Source: an uncultured bacterium (GTDB lineage: Bacteria > Actinomycetota > Acidimicrobiia > Spongiisociales > UBA5794). From it: a stretch of DNA of 64,000 bases. Shown one piece after another: positions 47,715 to 60,011 of the stretch (the stretch's first letter is position 1; every line of letters starts with the position of its first letter). A program made the translations under genes and the position numbers. Under the pieces are notes generated by a model. That model saw nothing but the letters and a program-made list of their open reading frames with translations, was not told where the DNA came from and searched no databases. The stretch lies in assembly GCA_963801165.1 (NCBI GenBank), contig CAWDDT010000004.1, positions 224,001 to 288,000 of the forward strand. The letters are read 5' to 3'.

Positions 47715-48227
47715 GTGAGGCTGGTAGTTGCAGCAGCCGCATGCGCCGCGCTCATCGCCGGTTGTGGCAGCGCTGAACCCGCAGGCTCGGTGAGCCTGTC
47801 CGCCGCGGACGTCGCCGACATATCGGCCCAGGCTGCGGCAGCCGCGTGTGCGCGCTATTGCGACGATTCGCAGGTATATGTTCTCGACGAGATCGTTGCG
47901 CGTGATGCGCAGTCTGGAGATGAGACTGTGATGCCGGTGGACATGCAGCAGTCGCTGATGGCAAGCATGGACCGGACCGAGATCATCACACAGGAACGGC
48001 ACGAGGGGATGTTTGCCGACGGCATGCTCATCGAGCCCGGTGCCGTCGTTGTCTACGTCGGTCCGGTTGACGAGCTCGGCGACGGGCTGGTTGGGATCGA
48101 CATCGGGGTGGCGACCCGAGGCGATGGGTACCGTGCCGACACCTACCTGTTCCGCAGCACCGGTAGCGGCTGGGAGCCCGCGTCTCCGGAGGAGAGCGGT
48201 GTGACGGTCACCACCAGCGTGTCGTAG
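47715..48227 (+). CDS. Hypothetical lipoprotein
   Basis: SD GGGGAG, GTG start, lipobox IAGC. Confidence 0.7.
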   Translation: MRLVVAAAACAALIAGCGSAEPAGSVSLSAADVADISAQAAAAACARYCDDSQVYVLDEIVARDAQSGDETVMPVDMQQSLMASMDRTEIITQERHEGMFADGMLIEPGAVVVYVGPVDELGDGLVGIDIGVATRGDGYRADTYLFRSTGSGWEPASPEESGVTVTTSVS

Positions 48228-48284
48228 ACCAAGACGTCCTCCCATCGCTCTACCATCTGCCCCGCGACGTCGTGAGGAGCCAGG

Positions 48285-50813
48285 ATGACCAGTGAAGCCG
48301 ACTATCGACTCCCGAGGACGGTGATCCCGTCCCGGTACGAGCTGCGTCTCGAGCCTGATCTTGACGATGCCTCCTTCCGCGGGTCCGAAGTAGTCGACGT
48401 CGAGGTCGTCGAGCCGGTCACCTCTGTAGTCCTCAACGCAATCGAGTTGGAGATCCAGGACGCCGCCGTGGTGGACGGCTCCGGTCACCGTCTCGTTGCG
48501 TCTGGCATCGACTGCGACGAGGAGACAGAACGGGTGACGCTCCGATTCGATGAGGAACTGGCACCCGGCTCGTGGCAGTTGCACGTCACGTTCTCCGGAA
48601 TCCTCAACGACGAGCTCCACGGGTTCTACCGGTCGACGTACAAGGACCTCGACGGCAACGAGCAGGTCATCGCCACGACGCAGTTCGAGGCGACCGATGC
48701 CCGGCGAGCTTTCCCGTGCTGGGACGAGCCCGATCTGAAGGCCACATTCCGGGTGACCCTGGTTGTCCCTGAGGACCTCGTAGCCATAACCAACAGCGCC
48801 GAGGTTGCTGCGACGCCGAGCGGCGACGCCAAGGTGGCACACGAGTTCGCTGAGACCATGAAGATGTCTACCTATCTGGTCGCCTTCATCGTCGGAAACC
48901 TGGAGGCCACCGGACCGGTCGATGCCGGCGGTGTGCCGTTGCGGGTATTCCACACGCCCGGCAAGGGTCATCTCGCCGAGTTTGCGCTCGAAGCGGGTGC
49001 CTTTGCTCTCGACTACCTGGCCACCTACTACGACATCCCGTACCCGGGGGACAAGCTCGACATGATCGGCGTTCCCGACTTCGCATGGGGTGCGATGGAG
49101 AACCTGGGAGCGGTCACCTACCGGGAGACAGCCCTGCTGGTCGATGAGAAGCGCGGCACCCAGGGAGAGCTCGTGCGAGTCGCCGATGTGATCGCCCATG
49201 AGCTGGCACACATGTGGTTCGGCGACCTCGTCACCATGAAATGGTGGAACGGGATCTGGCTCAACGAGGCTTTCGCCACCTTCATGGAGATGAAGTGCGT
49301 CGATACCTTCCGGCCGGACTGGAAGCGCTGGCTCAGCTTCGCCGGACCGCGAGCAGGGTCCATGGACGTCGACGGGCTGACGTCCACCAGGCCCGTCGAG
49401 TTCCCGGTGGCCTCTCCTCAGGACGCCAACGCCATGTTCGACACCCTCACCTACGACAAGGGCTCGGCCGTGCTCCGCATGCTCGAGCAGTATCTGGGTG
49501 AGGACATTTTCCGCAACGGGATCCGCCGCTACCTGAAGACTCACTCCTATTCGAACACGGAGACCGCCGACCTGTGGGCCGCGCTCGAAGCGGAGTCCGG
49601 CGAACCCGTGGGTGAGATCATGAACGGCTGGATTTTTCAGGGCGGTTACCCGCAGATCGATGTCACCGAGACGGAGTCCGGCTACCTGCTGGAGCAGCGT
49701 CAGTTCCGTTTTCTGGGTGGGGGGGACGCACAATGGCAGGTGCCCGCCCTCTACCACACCGAGTCAGGGGACGGGCGGTTCATCATCGGGTCGGAGCCCG
49801 TCGGTCTGCCTGCTACGGGTGGTTTGCTGCTCAATCGTGGTGGTCACGGGTTCTACCGGGTCAACTACCCGACCGAGACGCTGCAGGACCTCGCCGCCGA
49901 CTTCGCAACCCTGGAGCCGGGTGAGCGCCGCATGCTGCTTTCCGACACCTGGGCGAACGTGCTTGCCGGTGAGGCGCCCGCGGCCAACTTCATCGCACTG
50001 GTCGGTGCCCTGACCGATGAGGACGAGCCCGATGTGTGGGGTGCGGCGGTCGCCGGTCTGGGGGAACTCGACCGGGTGATCGCACCGGAGGATCGGCCCG
50101 AGCTGCAGGAGCTGGTGTGTGACCTGGCGAGGCCAAAAGCGGCCGAGCTCGGATGGGAGCCGGCGGACAACGAGCCCGGTCTCACCCGCAAGCTGCGGGC
50201 GCTGTTGCTCCGCACTGTTGGCAACCTGGGCGACGACGCCGAAACCCAGGCCGAGGCCAGCAGGGTCTTCAGCAAGTTCCTCGAGGACCGTGACTCGGTC
50301 GACGCCGACGTTGCCGACGCCGCGATCGGGATCGTCGCCGCCAACGGGGGAGGCGAGGAGTTCGAGCGCTTCCTCCGGCTGCGCGACGACGCTGAGACGC
50401 CCCAGGAGGAGGTCCGGTTCCTCGGGGCGGCGGCTGCCGTGCCCGACGAGGAGACCGCAGCGCGTCTCGTCGAGATGATTCTCGGTGGTGAGGTGCGCAG
50501 CCAGGACGCCAATTGGATGCTGGCGCGGCTGCTCGGTCACCGCGAGACGGGCCCGCTCGTTTGGGAGCTGGTCAAGGCGAACTGGGAACGCGTCCTCAAC
50601 TCGATGCCACCGCAGAACCGGCGGCGCATGCTCGATCTGATCATGTACCGCTCGGAGCCCGAGGTGGCCGCCGATATCGAAGCCTGGTTTGCCGAGCATC
50701 CCATCGCCGGCGCCGACAAGCACGTCGAGCAACAGCTGGAGCGGTTGCGGGTGCGGGTCGGGCTTCGCCGGCGCGAGGCGGAGCGGCTCGGCGACGCGCT
50801 GCGCAAGGCTTAG
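48285..50813 (+). CDS. M1-family aminopeptidase (puromycin-sensitive/ERAP-like)
   Basis: ARRAFPCWDEP, GAMEN, HELAH-x18-E, YDKG. Confidence 0.96.
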   Translation: MTSEADYRLPRTVIPSRYELRLEPDLDDASFRGSEVVDVEVVEPVTSVVLNAIELEIQDAAVVDGSGHRLVASGIDCDEETERVTLRFDEELAPGSWQLHVTFSGILNDELHGFYRSTYKDLDGNEQVIATTQFEATDARRAFPCWDEPDLKATFRVTLVVPEDLVAITNSAEVAATPSGDAKVAHEFAETMKMSTYLVAFIVGNLEATGPVDAGGVPLRVFHTPGKGHLAEFALEAGAFALDYLATYYDIPYPGDKLDMIGVPDFAWGAMENLGAVTYRETALLVDEKRGTQGELVRVADVIAHELAHMWFGDLVTMKWWNGIWLNEAFATFMEMKCVDTFRPDWKRWLSFAGPRAGSMDVDGLTSTRPVEFPVASPQDANAMFDTLTYDKGSAVLRMLEQYLGEDIFRNGIRRYLKTHSYSNTETADLWAALEAESGEPVGEIMNGWIFQGGYPQIDVTETESGYLLEQRQFRFLGGGDAQWQVPALYHTESGDGRFIIGSEPVGLPATGGLLLNRGGHGFYRVNYPTETLQDLAADFATLEPGERRMLLSDTWANVLAGEAPAANFIALVGALTDEDEPDVWGAAVAGLGELDRVIAPEDRPELQELVCDLARPKAAELGWEPADNEPGLTRKLRALLLRTVGNLGDDAETQAEASRVFSKFLEDRDSVDADVADAAIGIVAANGGGEEFERFLRLRDDAETPQEEVRFLGAAAAVPDEETAARLVEMILGGEVRSQDANWMLARLLGHRETGPLVWELVKANWERVLNSMPPQNRRRMLDLIMYRSEPEVAADIEAWFAEHPIAGADKHVEQQLERLRVRVGLRRREAERLGDALRKA

Positions 50814-51196
50814 GCAAGTCGGCGCAGACCCAGAACCAGCAGCACGAGGGCGGCCAGGAACAAGACGCACCCGATCATCGGTGCGAGCAGCGATCCGGTC
50901 AGGGCGAACCCGACGACGCCCAGCAGCAAGCCAGTTTCAGCGATTGCGACGCGAACGATGAAGCCGACCTGGATTCGCTCTGGACCGACGGTCCGCTCCC
51001 CCGCGGTCGACCACCACCGGAGCGCCGCCAGGAGCCCGATCACACCGAAGATCGCAGAGGCCAGTGCGGCGGCATCTGCAAGATCCGGGTCCTGCGGATC
51101 GCCGACGCCTATCACCGCAAGCACGCCGACGAGGACGATCGCCCCGGCGGCAAACGCTCTTGCGACCGCTTCGAGCCTATGTCTGACCTGATCCAT
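50810..51196 (-). CDS. Hypothetical membrane protein (about 4 TM)
   Basis: Hydrophobic 128-aa ORF filling the gap; TACCCT upstream. Confidence 0.65.
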   Translation of the reverse strand: MDQVRHRLEAVARAFAAGAIVLVGVLAVIGVGDPQDPDLADAAALASAIFGVIGLLAALRWWSTAGERTVGPERIQVGFIVRVAIAETGLLLGVVGFALTGSLLAPMIGCVLFLAALVLLVLGLRRLA

Positions 51197-51239
51197 GCAG
51201 CCCGGAGGGTAGTGTCCGGAGCACGACAGAGGAGGACTC

Positions 51240-52757
51240 ATGCGGGTGGTCACGATCGACGGTGGACCGCTGGCGATCGGTGACGTGGTCGCGGTTGCCG
51301 ACGGGGTGGCGACGGTTGAGATTGGTTCCGGCGTGCCCGAGCGGATGCGCCCCGCTCGGGAACTGGTCGAGCAGTGTGTCGCCGAGAACCGGACCGTCTA
51401 CGGCATCACCACCGGGTTCGGAAGGATGGCTACAACCCACATCGAGCCGGAGCAGGCCGCCCGGCTCCAGGTGGGGCTGCTCCGCAGCCACGCCTCGGGT
51501 GTCGGGGAGCGTCTCAACGACAGAGTCGTGCGGGCGATGATGCTGCTACGGGCCCGTACTCTCTCCCAGGGCTATTCCGGGGTGCGGCCGGTGATCGTGG
51601 AGCGGATCGTCGAGCTGCTCAACCGGGGGCTGCTGCCGGTCGTGCCCGGTCAGGGCTCGGTGGGCGCCTCTGGTGACCTGGCTCCCTTTGCCCATCTGGC
51701 ACTGCCGCTGATCGGCGAAGGCACGGTGCGGGTCGACGGGAAGGAGCAGGGTGCGGGTGCGGCGCTGGCGGCTGCCGGGCTGACACCGCTGACCCTCGCC
51801 GCCAAGGAGGGCCTCAGCCTGCTCAACGGCACCGAGGGCATGCTCACACTCGGGGTGCTCGCCCTGGACCGCGCGTGGACTCTGGCGAACGCCGCCGACA
51901 TAGCCTGCGCCCTGTCCGTCGAGGGCTTGCTCGGGTCGTCTAAGCCGTTCCAGCCGCGGATCCACGAGTTGCGTCCCCATCCCGGCCAGATCCGTTCTGC
52001 GGCGAACATCGCCGGTTTGCTGGAGGGGTCCGCCATCGTCGCCAGCCACGCCGACGACATGGTGCACGCAGTCCAGGACGCCTACAGCTTGCGTTGCGCC
52101 CCGCAGGTTCACGGCGCCAGCCGGGACACCATGACTCATGCCGAATCGGTGTTCGTCCGAGAGCTCGGCTCGGTCGTCGACAATCCCATAGTGTTCGCCG
52201 ACGACGGCACCGTTGTTTCCGGAGGCAACTTCCACGGCCAGCCGCTGGCGGTAGTGCTCGACTTCCTCGCGGTTGTCGCCACCGAGCTCGGGTCGATCTC
52301 CGAGCGCAGGACCGATCGGCTGCTCGACCCCGACCGGTCCGCCGGGCTGCCGCCGTTCCTGGCGCCCACCCCCGGCCTGAATTCGGGGTACATGCTGGCC
52401 CAGTACACAGCGGCGGCATTGGTGGCGGAGAACCGGGTGCTGTCGCATCCGGCGTCGGTGGAGTCGATCCCTACCTCGGGTCTGCAGGAGGATCATGTTT
52501 CCATGGGCTGGGGCGCCGGCCGCAAGCTGCACGAGGTGCTTGCCAACACTGCAAATGTGCTTGCGGTCGAGATCATGTGTGCGGTAGCGGCGGTAGAGCA
52601 CAGGCAGCCGCTCCAGCCGGGGGAGCGCACCGGGGCGGTGTGCCGGCTGATCCGCGACCACGTCGCCCCACTCGAAGATGACCGGCCGATCGGGCCCGAC
52701 ATAGAGACGATCGCCCGATTGATCGAAGCGGGAGAGCTCAACCAGTTCTTCGAGTAG
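51240..52757 (+). CDS. hutH: Histidine ammonia-lyase
   Basis: YGITTGFG, GSVGASGDL (MIO), QDAYSLRC, GNFHG, QEDHVSMG. Confidence 0.96.
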   Translation: MRVVTIDGGPLAIGDVVAVADGVATVEIGSGVPERMRPARELVEQCVAENRTVYGITTGFGRMATTHIEPEQAARLQVGLLRSHASGVGERLNDRVVRAMMLLRARTLSQGYSGVRPVIVERIVELLNRGLLPVVPGQGSVGASGDLAPFAHLALPLIGEGTVRVDGKEQGAGAALAAAGLTPLTLAAKEGLSLLNGTEGMLTLGVLALDRAWTLANAADIACALSVEGLLGSSKPFQPRIHELRPHPGQIRSAANIAGLLEGSAIVASHADDMVHAVQDAYSLRCAPQVHGASRDTMTHAESVFVRELGSVVDNPIVFADDGTVVSGGNFHGQPLAVVLDFLAVVATELGSISERRTDRLLDPDRSAGLPPFLAPTPGLNSGYMLAQYTAAALVAENRVLSHPASVESIPTSGLQEDHVSMGWGAGRKLHEVLANTANVLAVEIMCAVAAVEHRQPLQPGERTGAVCRLIRDHVAPLEDDRPIGPDIETIARLIEAGELNQFFE

Positions 52758-52820
52758 CAGGCTGATCGCAGCTGTTCCGTGCGTACAATGGGTAAATCAC
52801 CACCAAAAGGGAGTAATGCT

Positions 52821-53057
52821 ATGAGTTTCATGGACACCGTCAAGGGATGGTTCTCGAAGGCAAAGGACACCGCAGGCGATGTGGCCGAGAAGACCGGTGA
52901 CATGGCCGAAGGCGCCTGGGACAAGAGCAAGGGCGTCGCCGGAGACGTGGCCGGGAAAGCCGGTGACGCGGCGGAGAAGGCCTGGGACAAGACCAAGGAC
53001 GTCGCCGGGGGCATCAAGGACAAGCTCGACGGTGACGACAAGGATGCGCCTGCATAG
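52821..53057 (+). CDS. Small hydrophilic LEA/CsbD-like repeat protein
   Basis: SD GGGAG; 22-aa repeats K.K..AGDVA.K.GD.AE.AWD; followed by a terminator. Confidence 0.75.
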   Translation: MSFMDTVKGWFSKAKDTAGDVAEKTGDMAEGAWDKSKGVAGDVAGKAGDAAEKAWDKTKDVAGGIKDKLDGDDKDAPA

Positions 53058-53071
53058 GGCTACTGAAGCCG

Positions 53072-53106
53072 AGGCCGCCGGTCCTGCCGGCGGCCTTTTT
53101 TCTTTT
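53072..53106 (+). terminator. Rho-independent terminator
   Basis: AGGCCGCCGG-tcctg-CCGGCGGCCT-TTTTTCTTTT. Confidence 0.9.
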
Positions 53107-53206
53107 CACGCACCCGGATTCCTATTCACGCACCCGGATTCCTATTCACGCACCCGGATGCCTTTTCACGTACCCGGATTCCTATTCACGGACCCGGGAT
53201 TTCTTT

Positions 53207-53218
<12 letters not shown>
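53101..53218. repeat. Degenerate 20-bp tandem repeat, about 6 copies (CCTATTCACGCACCCGGATT)
   Basis: Read directly; the last copy contains the stop codon of the minus-strand gene. Confidence 0.9.
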
Positions 53219-55594
<2,376 letters not shown>

Positions 55595-55708
55595 CGATTG
55601 CCGATCGTCGGCGCCAGGTTGCGTGTTTTTCGGTCGTTTTCGCGTTCGAAGTGAGGATTCTGTTTGTGGACATGCCTGCGCCGATCCGTCGGGTAGCCTC
55701 CCGGGAGC

Positions 55709-56701
55709 ATGGCCGCCATCCGCGTCGACTCCCTGACCAAGACGTATCGCGTCCCCGTTCGCGCCTCGGGGCTGCGCGCCTCGCTGCGCAGTCTGATCCA
55801 CCGCCGGCATCGTGACATAAGGGCGGTTGACGAGATCTCGTTCAGCATCGAGGCAGGAGAGGTCGTCGGCTTCCTCGGACCGAACGGCGCAGGCAAGACC
55901 ACAACGCTGAAGATGCTGTCCGGCTTGCTGTATCCCGACGGCGGCGTTGCTGAGGTGCTGGGTCACACTCCTTCGGAACGGCGGCGCGAGTTCCTGAGCC
56001 GGATCACCCTGGTGATGGGCAACCGGAACCAGCTCAACTGGGATCTTCCGGCGATGGACTCGTTCGAGCTGAACAAGTCGATATACCGGCTCGACACGGC
56101 AGCCTTTGAGGCGGCCCGGGACGAGTTCATAGAGTTGCTTGATCTCGGTGGGCTGGTAGACAAACCGGTGCGCAACCTGTCGCTCGGCGAGCGGATGAAG
56201 GTCGAGGTGGCCGGGGCGCTGCTGCACCGGCCGGAAGTGCTGTTTCTCGACGAGCCCACCATCGGCCTGGACGTCACCGCCCAACGCAAGCTACGCCAGT
56301 TCGTCGCGGAGTACAGCCGAAGGCAGGGGGCAACTGTGATGCTCACCAGCCACTACATGGCCGATGTCGTGGCACTGGCCAACCGGGTCATCGTGATTCA
56401 CCACGGCACCCTGCTCTATGACGGCGATCTCGCCGGTTTGTCCCAGCAGTTTGCGGGGCACAAGACGATTACCGTGACCATGCCGGTACCGCCGTCGGAC
56501 CTGACGCGATACGGGAAGGAGATCGCCCGTGACGTCGACAAGGTCACCTTCGAGGTGCCACGCTCCGAAACGTCCCGGCTGGCTGCCCGGCTGCTCGCCG
56601 ATTTCGAGATCTCGGATCTCACGATCGAGGACCCACCGATCGAAGAGGTGATCGAGCGAGTCTTCGAGTCGGAGGTGGGCGGCGACGAGGAGACCGCATG
56701 A
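55709..56701 (+). CDS. ABC transporter ATP-binding protein
   Basis: GPNGAGKTT, LSLGERMK, FLDEPTIGLD, TSHYM. Confidence 0.95.
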   Translation: MAAIRVDSLTKTYRVPVRASGLRASLRSLIHRRHRDIRAVDEISFSIEAGEVVGFLGPNGAGKTTTLKMLSGLLYPDGGVAEVLGHTPSERRREFLSRITLVMGNRNQLNWDLPAMDSFELNKSIYRLDTAAFEAARDEFIELLDLGGLVDKPVRNLSLGERMKVEVAGALLHRPEVLFLDEPTIGLDVTAQRKLRQFVAEYSRRQGATVMLTSHYMADVVALANRVIVIHHGTLLYDGDLAGLSQQFAGHKTITVTMPVPPSDLTRYGKEIARDVDKVTFEVPRSETSRLAARLLADFEISDLTIEDPPIEEVIERVFESEVGGDEETA

Positions 56702-57501
56702 CAGCTCTCGCCCGCCTGTACGTCGGATGGGCTCGCATCGCGATCCTGGAACAGTTCCAGTACCGCGTTGCCAACTACTTCTACATGATCGGCATGGTCG
56801 CAGAGCCGGTCATCTACCTGGTGGTGTGGTCGACCGTCGCCCGCCAGAGCGGAGGCTCGGTTGGAGGGTTTGCTCCTGCCGATCTAGCGGCCTACTACAT
56901 CGTGTGGACCCTGGTGCGGAACATGAACATCGTGCTCACCCCGTTTGCTTGGGAGCAGCGCATCAAAGAAGGAGAATTATCCGCCGAGTTGCTGCGGCCG
57001 GTGCACCCTATCCATCGCGACCTCGCCTATTTCGGGGGCTGGAAATTCGTCGTGATCATCATGTGGCTGCCGATCGCCGTTGTCCTGACGTTGGTGTTTC
57101 GTCCGGCGCTCGATCCGACGTGGCTCGAGATCGGCTTCTTCTCAATTGCTTTGTGGGGAGGTTTTTTCGTTCGGTTCTTCGCCCTCTGGGCGCTCGGTCT
57201 CGTCACATTGTGGACGACCCGTGTCTCGGCGCTCTTCAACCTGTACTTCACCGCCGAGTTGCTGTTGTCCGGGCGGCTGGTGCCGCTATCGCTGATGCCG
57301 GGTTGGGCCCAGAGCCTGGCCAACTTCCTGCCTTTTCAATGGGCGTTTCAGTTTCCGATCGAGGTTCTCATCGGCCGACGCACCACTAGTGAGATCTGGT
57401 TCGGGCTTGGCATGCAGGTGCTCTGGACCGTCGTGGCATTGGGGCTTACCGCGTTGTTGTGGAAACGGGGAACCCGTCGGTTCGCGGCGGTGGGCGGATG
57501 A
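56698..57501 (+). CDS. ABC-2 family permease (DUF990-like)
   Basis: QYR, I..G.LS..LLRP, SG.LVPL...P.W. Confidence 0.9.
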   Translation: MTALARLYVGWARIAILEQFQYRVANYFYMIGMVAEPVIYLVVWSTVARQSGGSVGGFAPADLAAYYIVWTLVRNMNIVLTPFAWEQRIKEGELSAELLRPVHPIHRDLAYFGGWKFVVIIMWLPIAVVLTLVFRPALDPTWLEIGFFSIALWGGFFVRFFALWALGLVTLWTTRVSALFNLYFTAELLLSGRLVPLSLMPGWAQSLANFLPFQWAFQFPIEVLIGRRTTSEIWFGLGMQVLWTVVALGLTALLWKRGTRRFAAVGG

Positions 57502-58283
57502 ACCTGTTTCGGCTGGCGTGGGCCCATCTCAAGGTCGGCTCGATGAACGAGGCGCAGTACCGGGTCAACTTCTTCATCCAGATCTTCCAGTCTGCGCTGG
57601 CCCTCGGCACGGGGCTGATCGGTCTGTGGTTGGTGTTCAACCAGACTTCGGATCTGGCTGGATGGAGCGCACCCGAGCTGCTGGCGGTCATGGGTGTGCA
57701 CATCATCATGGGGGGTGTCATCCAGACGATCATTCAGCCGAACATGGCGCGATTGATGGGCGATGTGCACCGGGGCACGCTCGACTACGCGTTGACCAAG
57801 CCCGCAGACTCTCAACTACTCGTGTCGATCCGTGAAGTCCACATCTGGAGCCTCGTTGATGTGGTCACCGGCATCGTGTTACTCGGAGTCGCAGTGACCA
57901 AGATGACGCGTGGGGTTGGTTGGATCGACTCGCTTGGTTTCGCTGCTGCGCTTGTGCTCGGCGCGGTGATGATCTATTGCTTCTGGTTGATCCTGACGAC
58001 AACCGCCTTCCGGGTGGTGCGGGTCGAGAACATCCTCGAGTTGTTCCAGGGGATATACCAGGCCGGCAGGTGGCCGGTCGGCATCTACCCGCTGTGGATG
58101 CGCGGCAGCCTGACCTTCCTGATACCCGTTGCGTTCGCCGTAACGGTTCCAGCCGAGTCGTTGACCAGCCGGCTCAGCACCGGGACCTTCATGGTCGCCG
58201 TCGTATTCACGGCGGCGCTGGTCGTGGTCACGCGGATCGTGTGGCGGATCGGCCTGAGGTACTACAGCGGTGCGTCGTCGTGA
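57498..58283 (+). CDS. ABC-2 family permease (DUF990-like)
   Basis: QYRVNF, G.LDY.LTKP, RWP..IYP, YSGASS terminus. Confidence 0.9.
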   Translation: MNLFRLAWAHLKVGSMNEAQYRVNFFIQIFQSALALGTGLIGLWLVFNQTSDLAGWSAPELLAVMGVHIIMGGVIQTIIQPNMARLMGDVHRGTLDYALTKPADSQLLVSIREVHIWSLVDVVTGIVLLGVAVTKMTRGVGWIDSLGFAAALVLGAVMIYCFWLILTTTAFRVVRVENILELFQGIYQAGRWPVGIYPLWMRGSLTFLIPVAFAVTVPAESLTSRLSTGTFMVAVVFTAALVVVTRIVWRIGLRYYSGASS

Positions 58284-58355
58284 CCCCTGCGCGCCGACAA
58301 GTGTGCGCCGCTTCCGGTCGGTAGTGTGGGGTCAGCAGGCACCAAGGAGAGTCGA

Positions 58356-60011
58356 ATGTCCGGACCCCGCCCGGTCAGGGCCCCCAGGGGAACACAACTC
58401 CGCACCAGGGGATGGCTACAGGAGGCGGCGCTTCGCTGCCTGATGAACAACCTCGACCCGGAGGTGGCGGAGAAGCCCGACGAACTCGTGGTCTACGGGG
58501 GGAGAGGCAAGGCGGCTCGCAACTGGGATGCGTTCGACGCCATCGTCCGTAATCTGGAGACGCTCGAAAACGACGAGACGCTGCTCGTGCAGTCCGGCAA
58601 GCCGGTGGGGAGATTCCGCACCCACGAGATGGCGCCCCGGGTGCTCATCGCCAACAGCAACCTCGTTCCCGAGTGGGCCACCTGGGAGCATTTCTGGGAG
58701 CTCGAGGCGGCCGGCTTGATGATGTACGGCCAGATGACCGCCGGGTCGTGGATCTATATCGGCACCCAGGGGATACTCCAAGGCACCTACCAGACGTTCG
58801 TCGCGCTCGCCGAGAAGCTGTTCGGCGGCACGCTCGCCGGCACGCTCACCCTCACCGGCGGGCTCGGGGGGATGGGCGGCGCCCAGCCTCTGGCGATCAC
58901 TATGTGTGACGGGGTGGCCCTCTGTGTCGACGTGAACCCACGGCACATACAGCGCAGGGTCGACCACCGTTATCTCGACGTATTCGCCGGCTCTCTCGAC
59001 GAGGCGGTAGATCTAGCGCTCGGTGCCAAGGAGGACCGCCGACCGCTCTCCATCGGCGTTGTCGGCAACGCCGCCGACGTGTTCCCGGAGTTGCTCCGGC
59101 GCGGGGTCGACATCGACGTTGTCACCGATCAAACCTCCGCACACGACCCGCTCAACGGCTACGTCCCGGCCGGGTACTCACTCGAGGAGGCTGCCGATCT
59201 CCGCGCCGACGACCCGGCCGCCTACATAAAGGCCGCCAGGGAATCGATGGCGGTCCACTGCGAGGCCATGGTGGGCTTTCATCGTGCTGGGGCCGAGGTC
59301 TTCGATTACGGCAACAACCTCCGCGGTGAGGCGAAGCTTGGGGGGTTCCAGGACGCTTTCGAGTACCCCGGGTTTGTGCCGGCGTACATCAGGCCGCTGT
59401 TCTGCGAGGGGCTGGGACCGTTCCGCTGGGTGGCGTTGTCTGGAGACCCTGCCGACATCGCGGCCACGGATCGGGCAGTGCTCGATCTCTTTCCCGAGAA
59501 TCGGGCGCTGGCGCGGTGGATCGAGATGGCGTCCGAGCGGGTCCAATTCCAGGGTCTACCGGCCCGCATCTGCTGGCTCGGCTACGGGGAGCGACACCGG
59601 GCAGGTCTGGCATTCAACGACCTCGTTGCCTCAGGGGCGATCCAGGCTCCGATCGTGATCGGGCGTGACCATCTCGACTCGGGATCGGTGGCCTCGCCCT
59701 ACCGGGAGACGGAGGCGATGAAGGACGGCTCTGACGCCGTCGCCGACTGGCCACTGCTCAACGCGCTGCTCAACACCGCTTCCGGCGCAGCCTGGGTGGC
59801 GATCCATCACGGCGGTGGTGTCGGTATCGGCAAGTCCATCCATGCCGGTGCCCAGGTCGTCGCCGACGGAACCGAGCAAGGTGCGCTACGGCTGGAGCGG
59901 GTGCTCACCAACGATCCGGGTACCGGCATCATCCGCCATGTCGACGCCGGGTACGAGACGGCCGTGCGGGCCGCAGCCGAACGAGGTGTCATCATCCCGA
60001 TGCAGGAGTAG
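58356..60011 (+). CDS. hutU: Urocanate hydratase
   Basis: [40 protein letters not shown]. Confidence 0.97.
   Translation: MSGPRPVRAPRGTQLRTRGWLQEAALRCLMNNLDPEVAEKPDELVVYGGRGKAARNWDAFDAIVRNLETLENDETLLVQSGKPVGRFRTHEMAPRVLIANSNLVPEWATWEHFWELEAAGLMMYGQMTAGSWIYIGTQGILQGTYQTFVALAEKLFGGTLAGTLTLTGGLGGMGGAQPLAITMCDGVALCVDVNPRHIQRRVDHRYLDVFAGSLDEAVDLALGAKEDRRPLSIGVVGNAADVFPELLRRGVDIDVVTDQTSAHDPLNGYVPAGYSLEEAADLRADDPAAYIKAARESMAVHCEAMVGFHRAGAEVFDYGNNLRGEAKLGGFQDAFEYPGFVPAYIRPLFCEGLGPFRWVALSGDPADIAATDRAVLDLFPENRALARWIEMASERVQFQGLPARICWLGYGERHRAGLAFNDLVASGAIQAPIVIGRDHLDSGSVASPYRETEAMKDGSDAVADWPLLNALLNTASGAAWVAIHHGGGVGIGKSIHAGAQVVADGTEQGALRLERVLTNDPGTGIIRHVDAGYETAVRAAAERGVIIPMQE

Noticed and set aside
47571-49757. 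728-aa minus-strand ORF
   Set aside because: Antisense shadow of the M1 aminopeptidase; it has no motifs and is expected in high-GC DNA.
55595-56284. N-terminal 230 aa of the 1025-aa ORF
   Set aside because: Antisense to the ABC ATPase; the signal sequence and promoter place the real start at 55594.
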